NCBI GenBank assembly: GCA_950097015.1
Contig: CATNEN010000039.1
Span: 3,348,001-3,412,000, forward strand
Source of the DNA: Macrostomum hystrix
Lineage: Eukaryota; Animalia; Platyhelminthes
DNA length: 64,000 nucleotides
Direction: 5' to 3'
The position numbers and the translations under genes are program-made. Numbering within the stretch: the stretch's first letter is position 1; every line of letters starts with the position of its first letter. The notes beneath the pieces are model-generated. The model was given only the letters and a program-made list of their open reading frames with translations, was not told the DNA's origin and did not search any database. Positions 44,959-56,825 of the stretch are shown piece by piece.

Positions 44959-45404
44959 TGCTCCTGCTTGGGCCAATGCGGCTGATTGACCCAAATCCAA
45001 ACTTGTTGCACGTAGACGGTGCCAATAAAGGCCTATGGTTAGAACTCATAGAACTCGTAGACTTCGGTGAGAAACTAACAGTGAGGGAATTTTTCAATCA
45101 GTTTGCCGCTTATCTTTAACAGCTTATCTAAAAAGTGTGCGTTTGCCCAATATGCACTGGTTAAGAATATTGTTCTTCCCTTGTAAAGCTGTATTTTTTG
45201 GATTGTCTCTTATTCTTCAATTGAAACAATAAGGCATTCCAAGCACAAACACGATTTAACTCGCTGATATGCGAGGCATCGTATCAGTTCGAGTGGGGCA
45301 AGCTTAGCTTGTCCAATATACTAAACTGGCCGAGCTTCGGTGGTGGAAAAGTCGCACAAAAACTAACAACTCCACGCGGCGAATTTGCTAGTCGACTTGT
45401 GGAA

Positions 45405-47388
45405 ATGGAAAGCAGCTACCTGTGTTTCATCCTGACCCTGATGACCTGCTGTCCGCTGCTGGTCTGCGGATCCACAATCGAACTGAAGCCGAACCCATTG
45501 CGGCCATCGAATCCACAGGTTTGGCTCCGCACACGCCGCGAGGAGACCAGTTACGAGGGGCCGCTGCACCAGTTCGAGACGGCCATTCGAATGCAGTCGA
45601 CCGTCTTGAAAGTGAAAATGAGCCCCGGCAGCAAGGAGTGCTTCTACTATGTACTGCTGGCCGGCTACCAGCTGCACCTGTACATCTCTGTGAGAAGGGA
45701 GGGACTTTCATGGGGATTAAATAGGATGTAGGTTGAGAACCTTAGAATATTTTAGGATGGTAATTTGAGAACTTCAGGAGGATTGAAGGATGGCAATTTG
45801 AGAACCTCAGGCGGATTGAAGGATGGCAATTTGAGAACCTCAGGAGGATTGAAGGATGGCAATTTGAGAAACTCAGGAGGATTGAAGGATGGCAATTTGA
45901 GAACCTCAGGAGGATTGAAGGATGGCAATTTGAGAACCTCAGGAGGATTGAAGGATGGCAATTTGAGAACCTCAGGAGGATTGAAGGATGGCAATTTGAG
46001 AAACTCAGGAGGATTGAAGGATGGCAATTTGAGAACCTCAGGAGGATTGAAGGATGGTAATTTGAGAACCTCAGGAGGATTGAAGGATGGCAATTTGAGA
46101 ACCTCAGGAGGATTGAAGGATGGCAATTTGAGAACCTCAGGAGGATTGAAGGATGGCAATTTGAGAACCTCAGGAGGATTAAAGGATGGCAATTTGAGAA
46201 CCTCAGGAGGATTGTAATATAGAAGGCTGCGGCTTAATGCACATTGTAGACTATTTCGTCAAACCAACCGACCGACGTTTTTGATGTCTTCATTTCCAAC
46301 GGCGATGGCGAGCACATGAAGGATTATGTCTTCCAGACCACGGTGTCACACCAGATGAACGTCACTGAAAACGGTTCGTCTTTCTCAACATTGACTTGAC
46401 AAAAGTACAATGAAATAGTTATGTTTTTTATTTTTAAACTGCAGACAACTATGAGATCTGTGTCTACAATCCAGCTATGGAGAAGACCATATCCTACTCT
46501 TCCTATCACTATTTGCCAACTTCGTTTGAGAAGGCGCTGCAAGAACTGGCCCATAAAAACAACATCACTATCGAAGCTGAGGTGAGGAGGGTGAGGAGGT
46601 GAGGAGGTATGAGGAGGGGGTGGATGGTGGAGTGTGGAGGGGTGGAGTGAAGGATGGGGGTGGGGCAAGTGAAGTTTGGGGTGGGGCGAGTAAAGGATGG
46701 GGTGGGAGCGAGCAAATTTTGGGGTGGGGGCGAGTGAATTTTGGGGTTGGGGCGAGTGAAGGATGGGGTGCGTTGGAGTGAATTATGGGTTGGGGGCGAG
46801 TGAAGGATGGGGTGCGTTGGAGTGAATTATGGGGTGGGGGCGAGTGAAGGATGGGGTGCGTTGGAGTGAATTATGGGTTGGGGGCGAGTGAAGGATGGGG
46901 TGCGTTGGAGTGAATTATGGGTTGGGGGCGAGTGAAGGATGGGGTGCGTTGGAGTGAATTATGGGGTGGGGGCGAGTGAAGGATGGGGTGGGAGCGAGTG
47001 AATTTTGGGGTGGGGGCGAGTGAAGGATGGGTTGGGAGCGAGTGAATTTTGGGTTGGGGGCGAGTGAAGGATGGGGTGGGGGCGAGCGAAGGTCAAGTTA
47101 ATTAACCCAGGTTAGACCCAGGTTAGATACTCAATAAGTGTCATTTATTTCGTTGCGTTGCGCAAAATTCCGAAGAACTCAATCGTAAACCTGGAGCTGA
47201 GTGTTGGCCGGGCCCTCAACGACATTCAAAACCAGCCCCACGCGTCCCGGGACTTCAAGGTGCTGCAGGATACGAACGCCTACGTACAGTGGAAGGCCAT
47301 CTTCTACATCTGCCTCATGCTGCTGTCGTTCTCCAGCACCACCATCTTTATCCGGCGACTGTTCAGCGGACAAAGATCGTCTGTATGA
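45405..47388 (+). CDS. p24/TMED (emp24/gp25L, GOLD-domain) family protein, paralog A, ~252 aa
   Basis: Exons 45405-45689, 46250-46373, 46445-46581 and 47176-47388. Signal peptide; GOLD cysteines in PGSKECFY and YEICVYN; RD....DTNAYVQWK before the TM; tail IRRLFSGQRSSV. Confidence 0.8.
45752..46214. repeat. 33-bp minisatellite, ~14 copies, in TMED-A intron 1
   Basis: Unit gaaggatggcaatttgagaacctcaggaggatt. Confidence 0.95.
46582..47090. repeat. G-rich ~44-bp minisatellite in TMED-A intron 3
   Basis: Unit tgggggcgagtgaaggatggggtgcgttggagtgaattatgggt. Confidence 0.85.
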
Positions 47389-48530
47389 TTTGTCTGAGAC
47401 ATTCCAACTGTGTGATTGGCTGAGACATTCCAACTGAGACTTTCAGATTACATATGATTGGCTCAGAGATTTAGTTTGTGCTGATTGGCTGAGACTCTTT
47501 ATTTGACATAATTTATTTGCATATAGTTAGCAAGCTTTTAATTTTCAAGTTTTTAATCTTTACACTTTCTGCCATGCACTTTGTTCAGTAAATCGCCATG
47601 AAGTTATACGTCAACGAAAAAGGCTATTAATTAGTAAGCTCATAAAATAAGTGTTGACTAACCAAAATACACAGCAATGGTGCAGTTTATCTACTTCTGA
47701 AATTCTTAAAGACAAATAAATCCGTAAAATTTGTTCAAATCAATAAAACAAAACTGCTGAACAGGTTTAAACAGGCTGGCAAGTCAGTGAGAGCAGCTTG
47801 GCAAACAGTGAGCAGCCAGGTTCATTAGTGGCTCGTTCGACTCAATCAAAAGCCAATATGGCCAGGCCTGGAGCAGGCAATCTCAAAGCTGAATTCTGGA
47901 CCCAACTTAGCCAAAGCATTTCATTTAAATGTTTTTCGTGGCAAAACTTTTACCACGCAGTTCGGCTGTGAGACATTCGGAAGGAAAACTCAGAGAGGCA
48001 CGCACTTGGCTGAAATATCATACTCAATTCCAATGCCAACCCCCGCCGAGCAGTGAATGCTCAAAGCTTAAATTGGTCCTGAGTCCTCTTCCTCTCTGAT
48101 CAGTTCTCGGCAGAAATTCACTGCAAATAACTTCTTCAAAATCCAACTACTCCAGTCCCGGGTGCAAGGTTAGTTCACTCACAGCATGCTCAGAGCCACA
48201 CACTGAGTTCCTGAGCACACACAGACCAACACCCCGCTCTGGCTCAGTACTCACTTCCTGCTAGCTAAACTGCAATGGAAAAAGCACCAATGGAAAAGCC
48301 AAGGCAGGAAATTAGGAGAAATGAAACATTGGTGGTTTGAACAGCAGCGCTACACGTGTCCCTGGCCTCCGTGACCACGCTGCGATCCAGTCTATCAGCG
48401 AAGTAGATATTGCTGCGGCAACTCGCAGCTTTCTTTGAAGAAATCTTGTGAAACAGATTCGTTCCAGTCAGTCAATCGTGCCTTGATAAAATACAAGTAA
48501 ATAGCTAGGCTACCGCCGAAATCGATAGCG

Positions 48531-51081
48531 ATGAGCATTCGCCTACTCATAGTAGCATCCGCGGCGCTGGCCCTAGTGCACCCAGCCGGCAGTTCGGCGG
48601 AGCAGGCGCCACCGAATGGCCCGGCCAAGCGGCGGCCGGAGCTGCCAGGCGTCCGCGTGGAGCAGCGGCCGGACCGGCCCGGCAATCCGGACATCTCCGT
48701 GCAGACGGACCGCCTGGAGACCAGCTACTTGGGCGCCCTGGACCCCCTGACCAACCGCGTGCCGTCCATGAAGTCATTCAGCGGCCGCATCGAGTTGGAG
48801 AGGGACGGCACCCAGTGCTTCTACACGGCGCTGCTGGCGGGCCACTTTTACATCGAGGACATTCAGGTAGGGTAGCAGATTGAAAGTCCTTTCAAACTGG
48901 CATTTGCGCTGGCTTATCGTTGAATTCGGCTTCCCAACACTGCAGACGGTCCGCTTCTACCAGGATGACAAGTTTGACATCTTCCTGAGCGACGGGCAGG
49001 GAAAACTGGTGACTTCCAACTTTGAAGTGAGCATGTTCCGGCACCAGCTCATTGTCAACGATACCAGTGAGCAAACGGAGAAATGAGAGAGGGGGAAACG
49101 GTAGAGAAGAGAGAAGAGAGAGAAGAGAGAGATGAGAGAGATTGAGGCAGGGAAAAGATAGCGAATAGGAAAGGGGAAAGGGATGGGAGAGATGGGAGAA
49201 AAGGGATAGATGTGAGGGGAGAGAGAGGAGAAAGGGGGCAAGAGAGAGGTGAGAGAGGGTAGAAAGGGATAAGAGAGAGGGGAGAAAGGGATAAGAGAGA
49301 GGGGAGAAAGGGATAAGAGAGAAGGGAGAAAGAGGGATAAGAGAGAAGGGAGAAAGGTATAAGAGAGAGGGGAAAAAGGGATAAGAGAGAGGGGAGAAAG
49401 GGATAAGAGAGAGGGGAGAAAGGGATAAGAGAGAAGGGAGAAAGGATAAGAGAGAAGGGAGAAAGGGATATGAGATAGGGGGATGAGAGAGGGGGAAGGA
49501 GAGAAAATAGGGAGAGAGTTGGATGAATGAAAGAAAACGGAAGCATGAGTCTAGAAACAGGGTCAGAAGAAATACATATAATTTATGAAGATCGTATTCT
49601 ATCAATAAGCAATTAGTTAATCCAATGAATGCCTCCCTGCAGACACCTACGAGACCTGCATTATGAACCGGGGCCAGAGAAAGATGCTGGCCTACAATAC
49701 TTACCGCTTCATACCGCCTGAGCTGTCCCACAGCGAGCAGGAGTTGCAGCAGCTGACCAACTTCTCTGACTTGGCTACTGTGAGTCCGAGCAGTCGACAA
49801 TCGGAGATGCAGGGCAAGACAGTGAGATTCAGGGGTTAGACAATGAGATGCATCGATAGACAGTGAGATGCATGGGAGAGAGAGATTGTGAGATGCAGGG
49901 AGCTACAGTGAGATGCAGGGAGCGACAGTGAGATGCAATAAATACAGTGAGATGTAGAGAGTAACGGTTAGATGCATGGGAGAGACAGTGAGATGCAGGG
50001 TAGAGACAGTGAGATGCAGGGTAGAGGTAGAGAGATGTAGGGAGGGGCAGAGAGATGTAGGGAGGGGCAGAGAGATGTAGGGAGAGGCAGAGAGATGCAG
50101 GGAGAGGCAGAGAGATGTAGGGAGAGGCAAAGATGAAGGGTAGAGGTAGAGAGATGTAGGGAGGGGCAGAGCGATGTAGGGAGGGGCAGAGAGATGTAGG
50201 GAGAGGCAGAGAGATGCAGGGAGAGGCAGAGAGATGCAGGGAGGGGCAGAGAGATGTAGGGAGAGGCAAAGATGCAGGGAGAGGCAGAGAGATGTAGGGA
50301 GAGGCAAAGATGAAGGGTAGAGGTAGAGAGATGTAGGGAGGGGCAGAGCGATGTAGGGAGGGGCAGAGAGATGTAGGGAGAGGCAGAGAGATGCAGGGAG
50401 AGGCAGAGAGATGTAGGGAGAGGCAAAGATGAAGGGTAGAGGTAGAGAGATGTAGGGAGGGGCAGAGCGATGTAGGGAGGGGCAGAGAGATGTAGGGAGA
50501 GGCAGAGAGATGCAGGGAGAGGCAGAGAGATGCAGGGAGGGGCAGAGAGATGTAGGGAGAGGCAAAGATGCAGGGAGAGGTAGAGAGATGCAGGGAGAGG
50601 CAGAGAGATGCAGGGTAGAGGCAGAGAGATGCAGGGTAGAGGCAGAGAGATGCAGGGAGGGGCAGAGAGATTTAGGGAGAGGCATAGGGATGTAGGGAGA
50701 GGCAGAGATATGTAGGGAGAGGCAGAGAGATGTAGAGAGAGGCAAAGATGTAGGGTAGAGGCAGAGATGCAGGGTAGAGGCAGAGAGATGCAGGGAGAGG
50801 CAGAGATGAAGGGCAGAGAGATGCAGAAAGTGGTAATTGCGCCCCGCAATGCGCAGGCCTCGATGGGCGAGCTGGAGTGGCGGGTCACGAAGGTGCTGTC
50901 GTACATCCGGGCGCACTCCGAGATCTACAGGGACACGTCGGCCTTGGAGACAACCAACTGTTCCATCCAATGGAAGGCCTGGGCCACGCTGGGCCTGCAG
51001 CTGCTGTCTGTCGGCCTCACTACTCAGTTCATTCGGCGTTTGTTTAATGAGCCGAGGGGGAAATTCGCCATGGCAACTTGA
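48531..51081 (+). CDS. p24/TMED family protein, paralog B, ~272 aa
   Basis: Exons 48531-48866, 48946-49066, 49643-49779 and 50857-51081. Same intron phases (0,1,0) as paralog A. Motifs: GTQCFY, YETCIMN, RDTSALETTNCSIQWK, TM, IRRLF. Confidence 0.8.
49078..49540. repeat. GA-rich low-complexity/minisatellite tract in TMED-B intron 2
   Basis: gggataagagagaggggagaaa-type units. Confidence 0.85.
49803..50828. repeat. 20-bp purine-rich minisatellite in TMED-B intron 3
   Basis: Unit gcagagagatg(t/c)agggag(a/g)g. Confidence 0.92.
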
Positions 51082-51366
51082 AACTGGTTACTTGTTTGGA
51101 GGAAACATTTCAGATTATTTATTAGAAAATCAGATCTCATAATTATTGAAACCGGATTAATATTATTGAAGCAAAACATTTCACAAGCACTGATCATTCA
51201 TTCCATAGTCATTCATGTACTTTTATGAGTTGTTCTCCAATAACAAGAAATTGTACAACCTAATTTTTTACAGCATATTGCATATTACGTATTGCAAAAA
51301 GTCATTGACGCGACACAATTTATTGGTGAACTCGACATGCTATAGGCTCAATCTAGTCGTTTTTTC

Positions 51367-51974
51367 TAGTCCTTCAGGGTTCCTGATAGTCCCTCAGTCT
51401 TTTTGACAGTCCTTCAGAGATCCTGACAGTCCTTCAGAGATCCTGACAGTCCTTCAGAGATCCTGACAGTCCTTCAGAGTTCTTGACAGTCCTTCAGAGA
51501 TCCTGACAGTCCTTCAGAGATCCTGACAGTCCTTCAGAGTTCTTGACAGTCCTTCAGAGATCCTGACAGTCCTTCAGAGTTCTTGACAGTCCTTCAGAGT
51601 TCCTGACAGTCCTTCAGTGTTCCTGACAGTCCTTCAGTGTTCCTGACAGTCCTTCAGAGTTTCTGACAGTCCTTCAGAGATCCTGACAGTCCTTCAGAGA
51701 TCCTGACAGTCCTTCAGAGTTCCTGACAGTCCTTCAGTGTTCCTGACAGTCCTTCAGTGTTCCTGACAGTCCTTCAGTGTTCCTGACAGTTCTTCAGAGA
51801 TCCTGACAGTCCTTCAGAGATCCTGACAGTCCTTCAGAGATTCTGACAGTCCTTCAGAGTTCCTGACAGTCCTTCAGTGTTCCTGACAGTCCTTCAGTGT
51901 TCCTGACAGTCCTTCAGAGTTTCTGACAGTCCTTCAGAGATCCTGACAGTCCTTCAGAGTTCCTGGCAGTCCTT
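51367..51974. repeat. 20-bp minisatellite, ~30 copies, between the convergent TMED-B and CtIP genes
   Basis: Unit tcctgacagtccttcag(a/t)g(a/t). Confidence 0.95.
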
Positions 51975-52453
51975 TGTAGTGTCCGCTTGTCAACCATATA
52001 AAAAAGCAAAATCAGATTAGCAAATTAAACTTTCACGGCAGAACAAAAATGTAAATCCGCAGGTATTTTGCACCACTCGTTTATTTAGCATGTAAAAAAG
52101 TGCCTGAAATGCGCAAATGAGCTAATTTTTAAATCATTATATTTAAATAATTATTAAATTGACCAAGAATGATCGAAATTCAAAGCTAATTAAGACCGGG
52201 TACTATCTGACTATTGAAAGTAATTTAAACATCGCGGTTCTTAATTAGATTAAAAAAATTAAGCAAGAAATACATTCTAGCTATGCAACAGACTGAAAGC
52301 AACGCAATGGAAGAAGGACTCGGAAAACGAAAACCGTAAAAGCCTAAACGAAAAATTCCTTACAGAAAAGAAAAAGTACTTTGCATAAAAATTGCGCGAA
52401 TTTAGAAAAAATGTCATAAATACCCTACTGACAGTAGGAATGCAAGAATTTCG

Positions 52454-53706
52454 CTACTTCTTTCGCTCCTGATGCTCCTTGGCTAGCAGACGCAGCGGTC
52501 GGTGCCGCCGCTTGCCGACCTTCATGCACTGGGTCGGCGCCGGCTCCGGGGTCGGCGGCATTTCTATAGCGAAAAAATTCGGCGCCTGCAGAGGCGGTCG
52601 CTGATTGTCCCGATGCCGGCCGCATTGCCGCAGGCGCTGCCGGCGCGACTCCGGCGACAAGTCGGCGAACCAGGCCTCGCAGTCCGGGCAGCAGTGCGCG
52701 TCCAGCGCCATCCGATCGTCGCGTCGGCGAACAACGCAGGCCTGCCGGTAGTTGGGGTTGGCCGGCTCCGGCAGCCGGTTATAATCGGCCAGGTTGTACT
52801 TGGCGCTGACGGCTGCAGCCGTTGGGGCCGTCGGTGGTGGTGGCGGCGGCGTCGGCAGATGGTCGCTGCGGTTAAAAACAGGCGAGTCGTCAGCATCAGC
52901 AACAGCTGACGCAGCAGTTCGATGAATGGCGATGGTCTCGCTGCCTTCGTCGTCTTCGCAGTCTAGGGGCGGGTCCTGGCGCCCTGTCTGCAGGAGTTTG
53001 CTGTGAGACGGATGCGCTGGCTGGGGCGGCTTCTGTAAGAAGAGAAAATCAAGAGTAGGAAATATTCATACCTGCCTGCCTTAATTATGCCAGATGTGCA
53101 GCCGACATCACGACTGCAGCGATTGCGCAGCGCATCAGAAGGCTGATCAGTCCATGGACTGGGGGAACGCCACACCTACCCCAATTACCCCAGCTAATGC
53201 TGGTACCCATTTAACACCAAGTTGAAGGATACAAATTATTCTAGTGGAGTCTGGAATCGAACCCCCGACCTTCAAGTCGTGAGAGCGACGCGAGCTCTAA
53301 CCACTAGGCTACAACCTCACAGTTGGTACAATTAGTCTACAAACACTAACAACCCTAACAGCTACTCACTTCCTTGCCGAGGGTAGCCACAGTCTCCTCG
53401 CCTTCATCTTGCTCAAATAGATCTTGGATAGGAGTATCGGTGGCAGCAGCAGCGGTAGCCGGGCTGACAAAAACTTCAGTTTCCAGTGGATCAGCGGTCG
53501 AGGCGAAGTTGACGCCAGCATTGAAATCGCTGTCCAACTTCAGCCAGCCATCCGGCTTGGCTTTCGTATTGCTAGCGCTCTGGTTGCTGCTGTTTATGGC
53601 CGAAAGGTCCACGCGACGCTTAACCTCCGCCTGAAGCAGCGTTGCCTGACGAAAACGCTTCACGCCAGCGCTCGCAACGGTGGCTATCGCTTTCTGGGCT
53701 TCAGTG

Positions 53707-53747
<41 letters not shown>

Positions 53748-54471
53748 AGACGCGCTGGAGATGGCAAGACCATTGCCAAAACTTCTAAAATAAGAAATAT
53801 GCCTTGGTAGTTGTGTACAACAAAACTAAATCAAATAAGTATTTTATATTATTTTCACTAGAGTCAGCCTCACAGTTCACTAGAGTCAGCTTCACAGTTC
53901 ACTAGAGTCAGCCTCACAGTTCACTAGAGTCAGCCTCACAGTTCACTAGAGTCAGCCTCACAGTTCACTAGAGTCAGCCTCACAGTTCACTAGAGTCAGC
54001 CTCACAGTTCACTAGAGTCAGCCTCTATTGAACTGTATGACTAGAGTCACACAAGAACACAAGAATCACTGAACCGCACCTCGAAGGTGATGTGGGCTGA
54101 TCCATCACCAGTGTCAGCTTGCGCTTAACCGTCTTCCGAGGCGAATCCGAGAGTCTCTGCTTGCTCACCGGCGGTAGCTGCGGCGGTGGCAGTTTCTCGC
54201 TTGTCCACTTTTTGGTTGTCAATAGCGAGGGCGGCTCCTCGCGACTGGATTGCTTCTTGAAGTCGCTGAGCTCTGAGCGCAATCGCTGGTTCTCGGCAGT
54301 CAGACTGGCGATCCTGCGGGCAAGTCCAGACAGGTCTTCGCTTAGCAGCTGGAAAGTTTCCTGGCACAAGCGGTTCACTCCGTCCTGCAGGTCGCGGACA
54401 CGTTTGGACAACATCGCTGAGGCGGCGGCGGCGGCGGCGGCGGCGTCGACAGCTGTTGTCGCTTCGGTCAT
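52454..54471 (-). CDS. RBBP8: CtIP/Sae2/COM-1 family DNA end-resection factor, ~461 aa
   Basis: Exons 54471-54080, 53784-53370 and 53032-52454 (phases 2, 0). N-terminal coiled coil. The C-terminal Sae2/CtIP domain VVRRRDDRMALDAHCCPDCEAWF...CGRHR...PP...NFF...TQCM matches the CxxC and RHR hallmarks. Confidence 0.85.
53069..53318 (-). mobile_element. tRNA-derived SINE in CtIP intron 2
   Basis: On the minus strand: A box TAGCCTAGTGG (53311-53301), B box GGTTCGATTCC (53263-53253), imperfect tRNA stems, a ~170-nt body containing aaatgggtacc, and a tail taaggcaggcaggt. No TSD seen. Confidence 0.7.
53855..54025. repeat. 22-bp minisatellite, ~8 copies, in CtIP intron 1
   Basis: Unit cactagagtcagcctcacagtt. 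Confidence 0.93.
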
Positions 54472-54512
54472 CGAGAAGTCGCAGCTGGTGCTGACTGCAA
54501 ACGGTTTAGTGC

Positions 54513-55405
54513 GTTACACAAGTACACAATCTGTTAGACAACCTGTTCGACAAGTACCAAACCTGTTACACAAGTACCCAATCTGTTAGACATCCTGTTC
54601 GACAAGCACCAAACCTGTTACACAAGTACACAATCTGTTAGACAACCTGTTCGACAAGTACCAAACCTGTTACACAAGTACCCAATCTGTTAGACAACCT
54701 GTTCGACAAGTACCAAACCTGTTACACAAGTACCCAATCTGTTAGACATCCTGTTCGACAAGCACCAAACCTGTTACACAAGTACACAATCTGTTAGACA
54801 ACCTGTTCGACAAGTACCAAACCTGTTACACAAGTACCCAATCTGTTAGACAACCTGTTCGACAAGTACCAAACCTGTTACACAAGTACCCAATCTGTTA
54901 GACAACCTGTTCGACAAGTACCAAACCTGTTACACAAGTACACAATCTGTTAGACAACCTGTTCGACAATTACCAAACCTGTTACACAAGTACCCAATCT
55001 GTTAGACAACCTGTTCGACAAGTACCAAACCTGTTACACAAGTACCCAATCTGTTAGACAACCTGTTCGACAAGTACCAAACCTGTTACACAAGTACACA
55101 ATCTGTTAGACAACCTGTTCGACAAGTACCAAACCTGTTACACAAGTACCCAATCTGTTAGACAACCTGTTCGACAAGTACCAAACCTGTTACACAAGTA
55201 CCCAATCTGTTAGACAACCTGTTCGACAAGTACCAAACCTGTTACACAAGTACACAATCTGTTAGACAACCTGTTCGACAAGTACCAAACCTGTTACACA
55301 AGTACCCAATCTGTTAGACAACCTGTTCGACAATTACCAAACCTGTTACACAAGTACCCAATCGGTTAGACAACCTGTTCGATAAGTACCAAACCTGTTT
55401 GACAA
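54513..55405. repeat. 52-bp minisatellite, ~17 copies, upstream of CtIP
   Basis: The unit is three related sub-monomers: ctgttacacaagtacccaat + ctgttagacaac + ctgttcgacaagtaccaaac. Confidence 0.95.
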
Positions 55406-56449
55406 AAGCCTACTAGTAAGAAGAATACAATCTTTCAAAAAAGGCATAAATCACAGATGTCATAAACTCGGAAAAAATGTTATTATAATCAAGTTAAACT
55501 TTCTCTTAAACTTTTAAAATTTTATTCGCTCAAGAAAAGAACTATTGGTTTCATAGTTTTACAGTAATAATGAACGGCAAAACAAAGGCGTAAACTTAAA
55601 ATAGATAAGTCTGAAAAATACGATAAAAAATCCGCTGACTGAATGAAAAGCCGGAAAATCAGTGAATTAAAACAAATATCGCTTTAGATATAAATAAAGT
55701 TCTGCACGGCAAAGAACGCGGCAATCTAACGAAATTTATTTTATCGGTGCTAAATGTGGTAGGAAAAAAATAATAATGACTTTGCAGAATTGCGGCATCT
55801 ACGTTTCGTCTACGTAATCTGTTCAGGTAACTGAAGGTAGATTAATAAAATCGCAGTTCATAACTGACAATCAAATTACAGCAGTAAAAACAAAAACGGG
55901 TAATACTTCATGTACATTCATTATGAATTACAATCACACTGAAAAATTAACATTTCTGATGGATAAGAACCTGGCACTAAAATTTGAAACTTACGATACT
56001 ACTAGCACACTCTACTAGCACACTACTAGGGCAGTAGTGAGTAGAGATCGGAAAGCGAAAAACGACTAATTTTTATAAAATATGTAAAAAGACAAAGATG
56101 GTTATTCGATTTTTTCGATTCAGTTTTATAGCCAAATCTACAATAGAATATCACAATAAGCTCAAACAGCAATTACTAGAACAGCAGTAATGTTTGTATT
56201 AATAAGGCAAACGTGTCGCATATTGAAATCAATTGGATAAATATAAAAATTCAATAGTGCAATTTTTTACTTATATTTTGACTTAGAAAATATTAGAACG
56301 AACAAGCGACAATGGGCTATATGTTAGTTTGAAAATTGAAATAAACATTGCCTAATTTTTTCCAACTTTGAACCTACATTTATCTTACACAATGCCTTGT
56401 GTACACACATTTACACATCAACTTTCCAACTTTGCACAGCATATTTAAC

Positions 56450-56722
56450 CTTCTCTACTCAGGACTCTACTATCCCACTCTACTCTGCACTCCACTCTCC
56501 CATTCTACTCTGCATTCCACTCTCCCATTCTACTCTGCATTCCACTCTCCCATTCTACTCTGCATTCCACTCTCCCATTCTACTCTGCATTCCACTCTCC
56601 CATTCTACTCTGCATTCCACTCTCCCATTCTATTCTGCACTCCACTCTCCCATTGTACTCTGCACTCAACTATCCTATTATACTCTGCTCTACTCTCCCA
56701 CTCTACTCTGCACTCTAAACTA
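56450..56722. repeat. 25-bp minisatellite downstream of the ACSS1 stop
   Basis: Unit ccactctcccattctactctgcatt. Confidence 0.88.
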
Positions 56723-56825
56723 CTACAATAAACTGATTAGGTAATTTTCAAAAGCTGTAATAGGTAAACCGAGCAATTAAAGCACCTAAGAAGTTTTTAC
56801 AAGAGTTTTGGGTGGCTCAAGCCGT

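Noticed and set aside
48892-50970. Leu/Ser/Pro-rich minus-strand ORFs
   Set aside because: Antisense translations of purine-rich TMED-B intron repeats.
53245-53318. Functional tRNA gene
   Set aside because: The acceptor and T stems pair poorly, there is no oligo-T terminator directly after, and a SINE-like body and tail follow.
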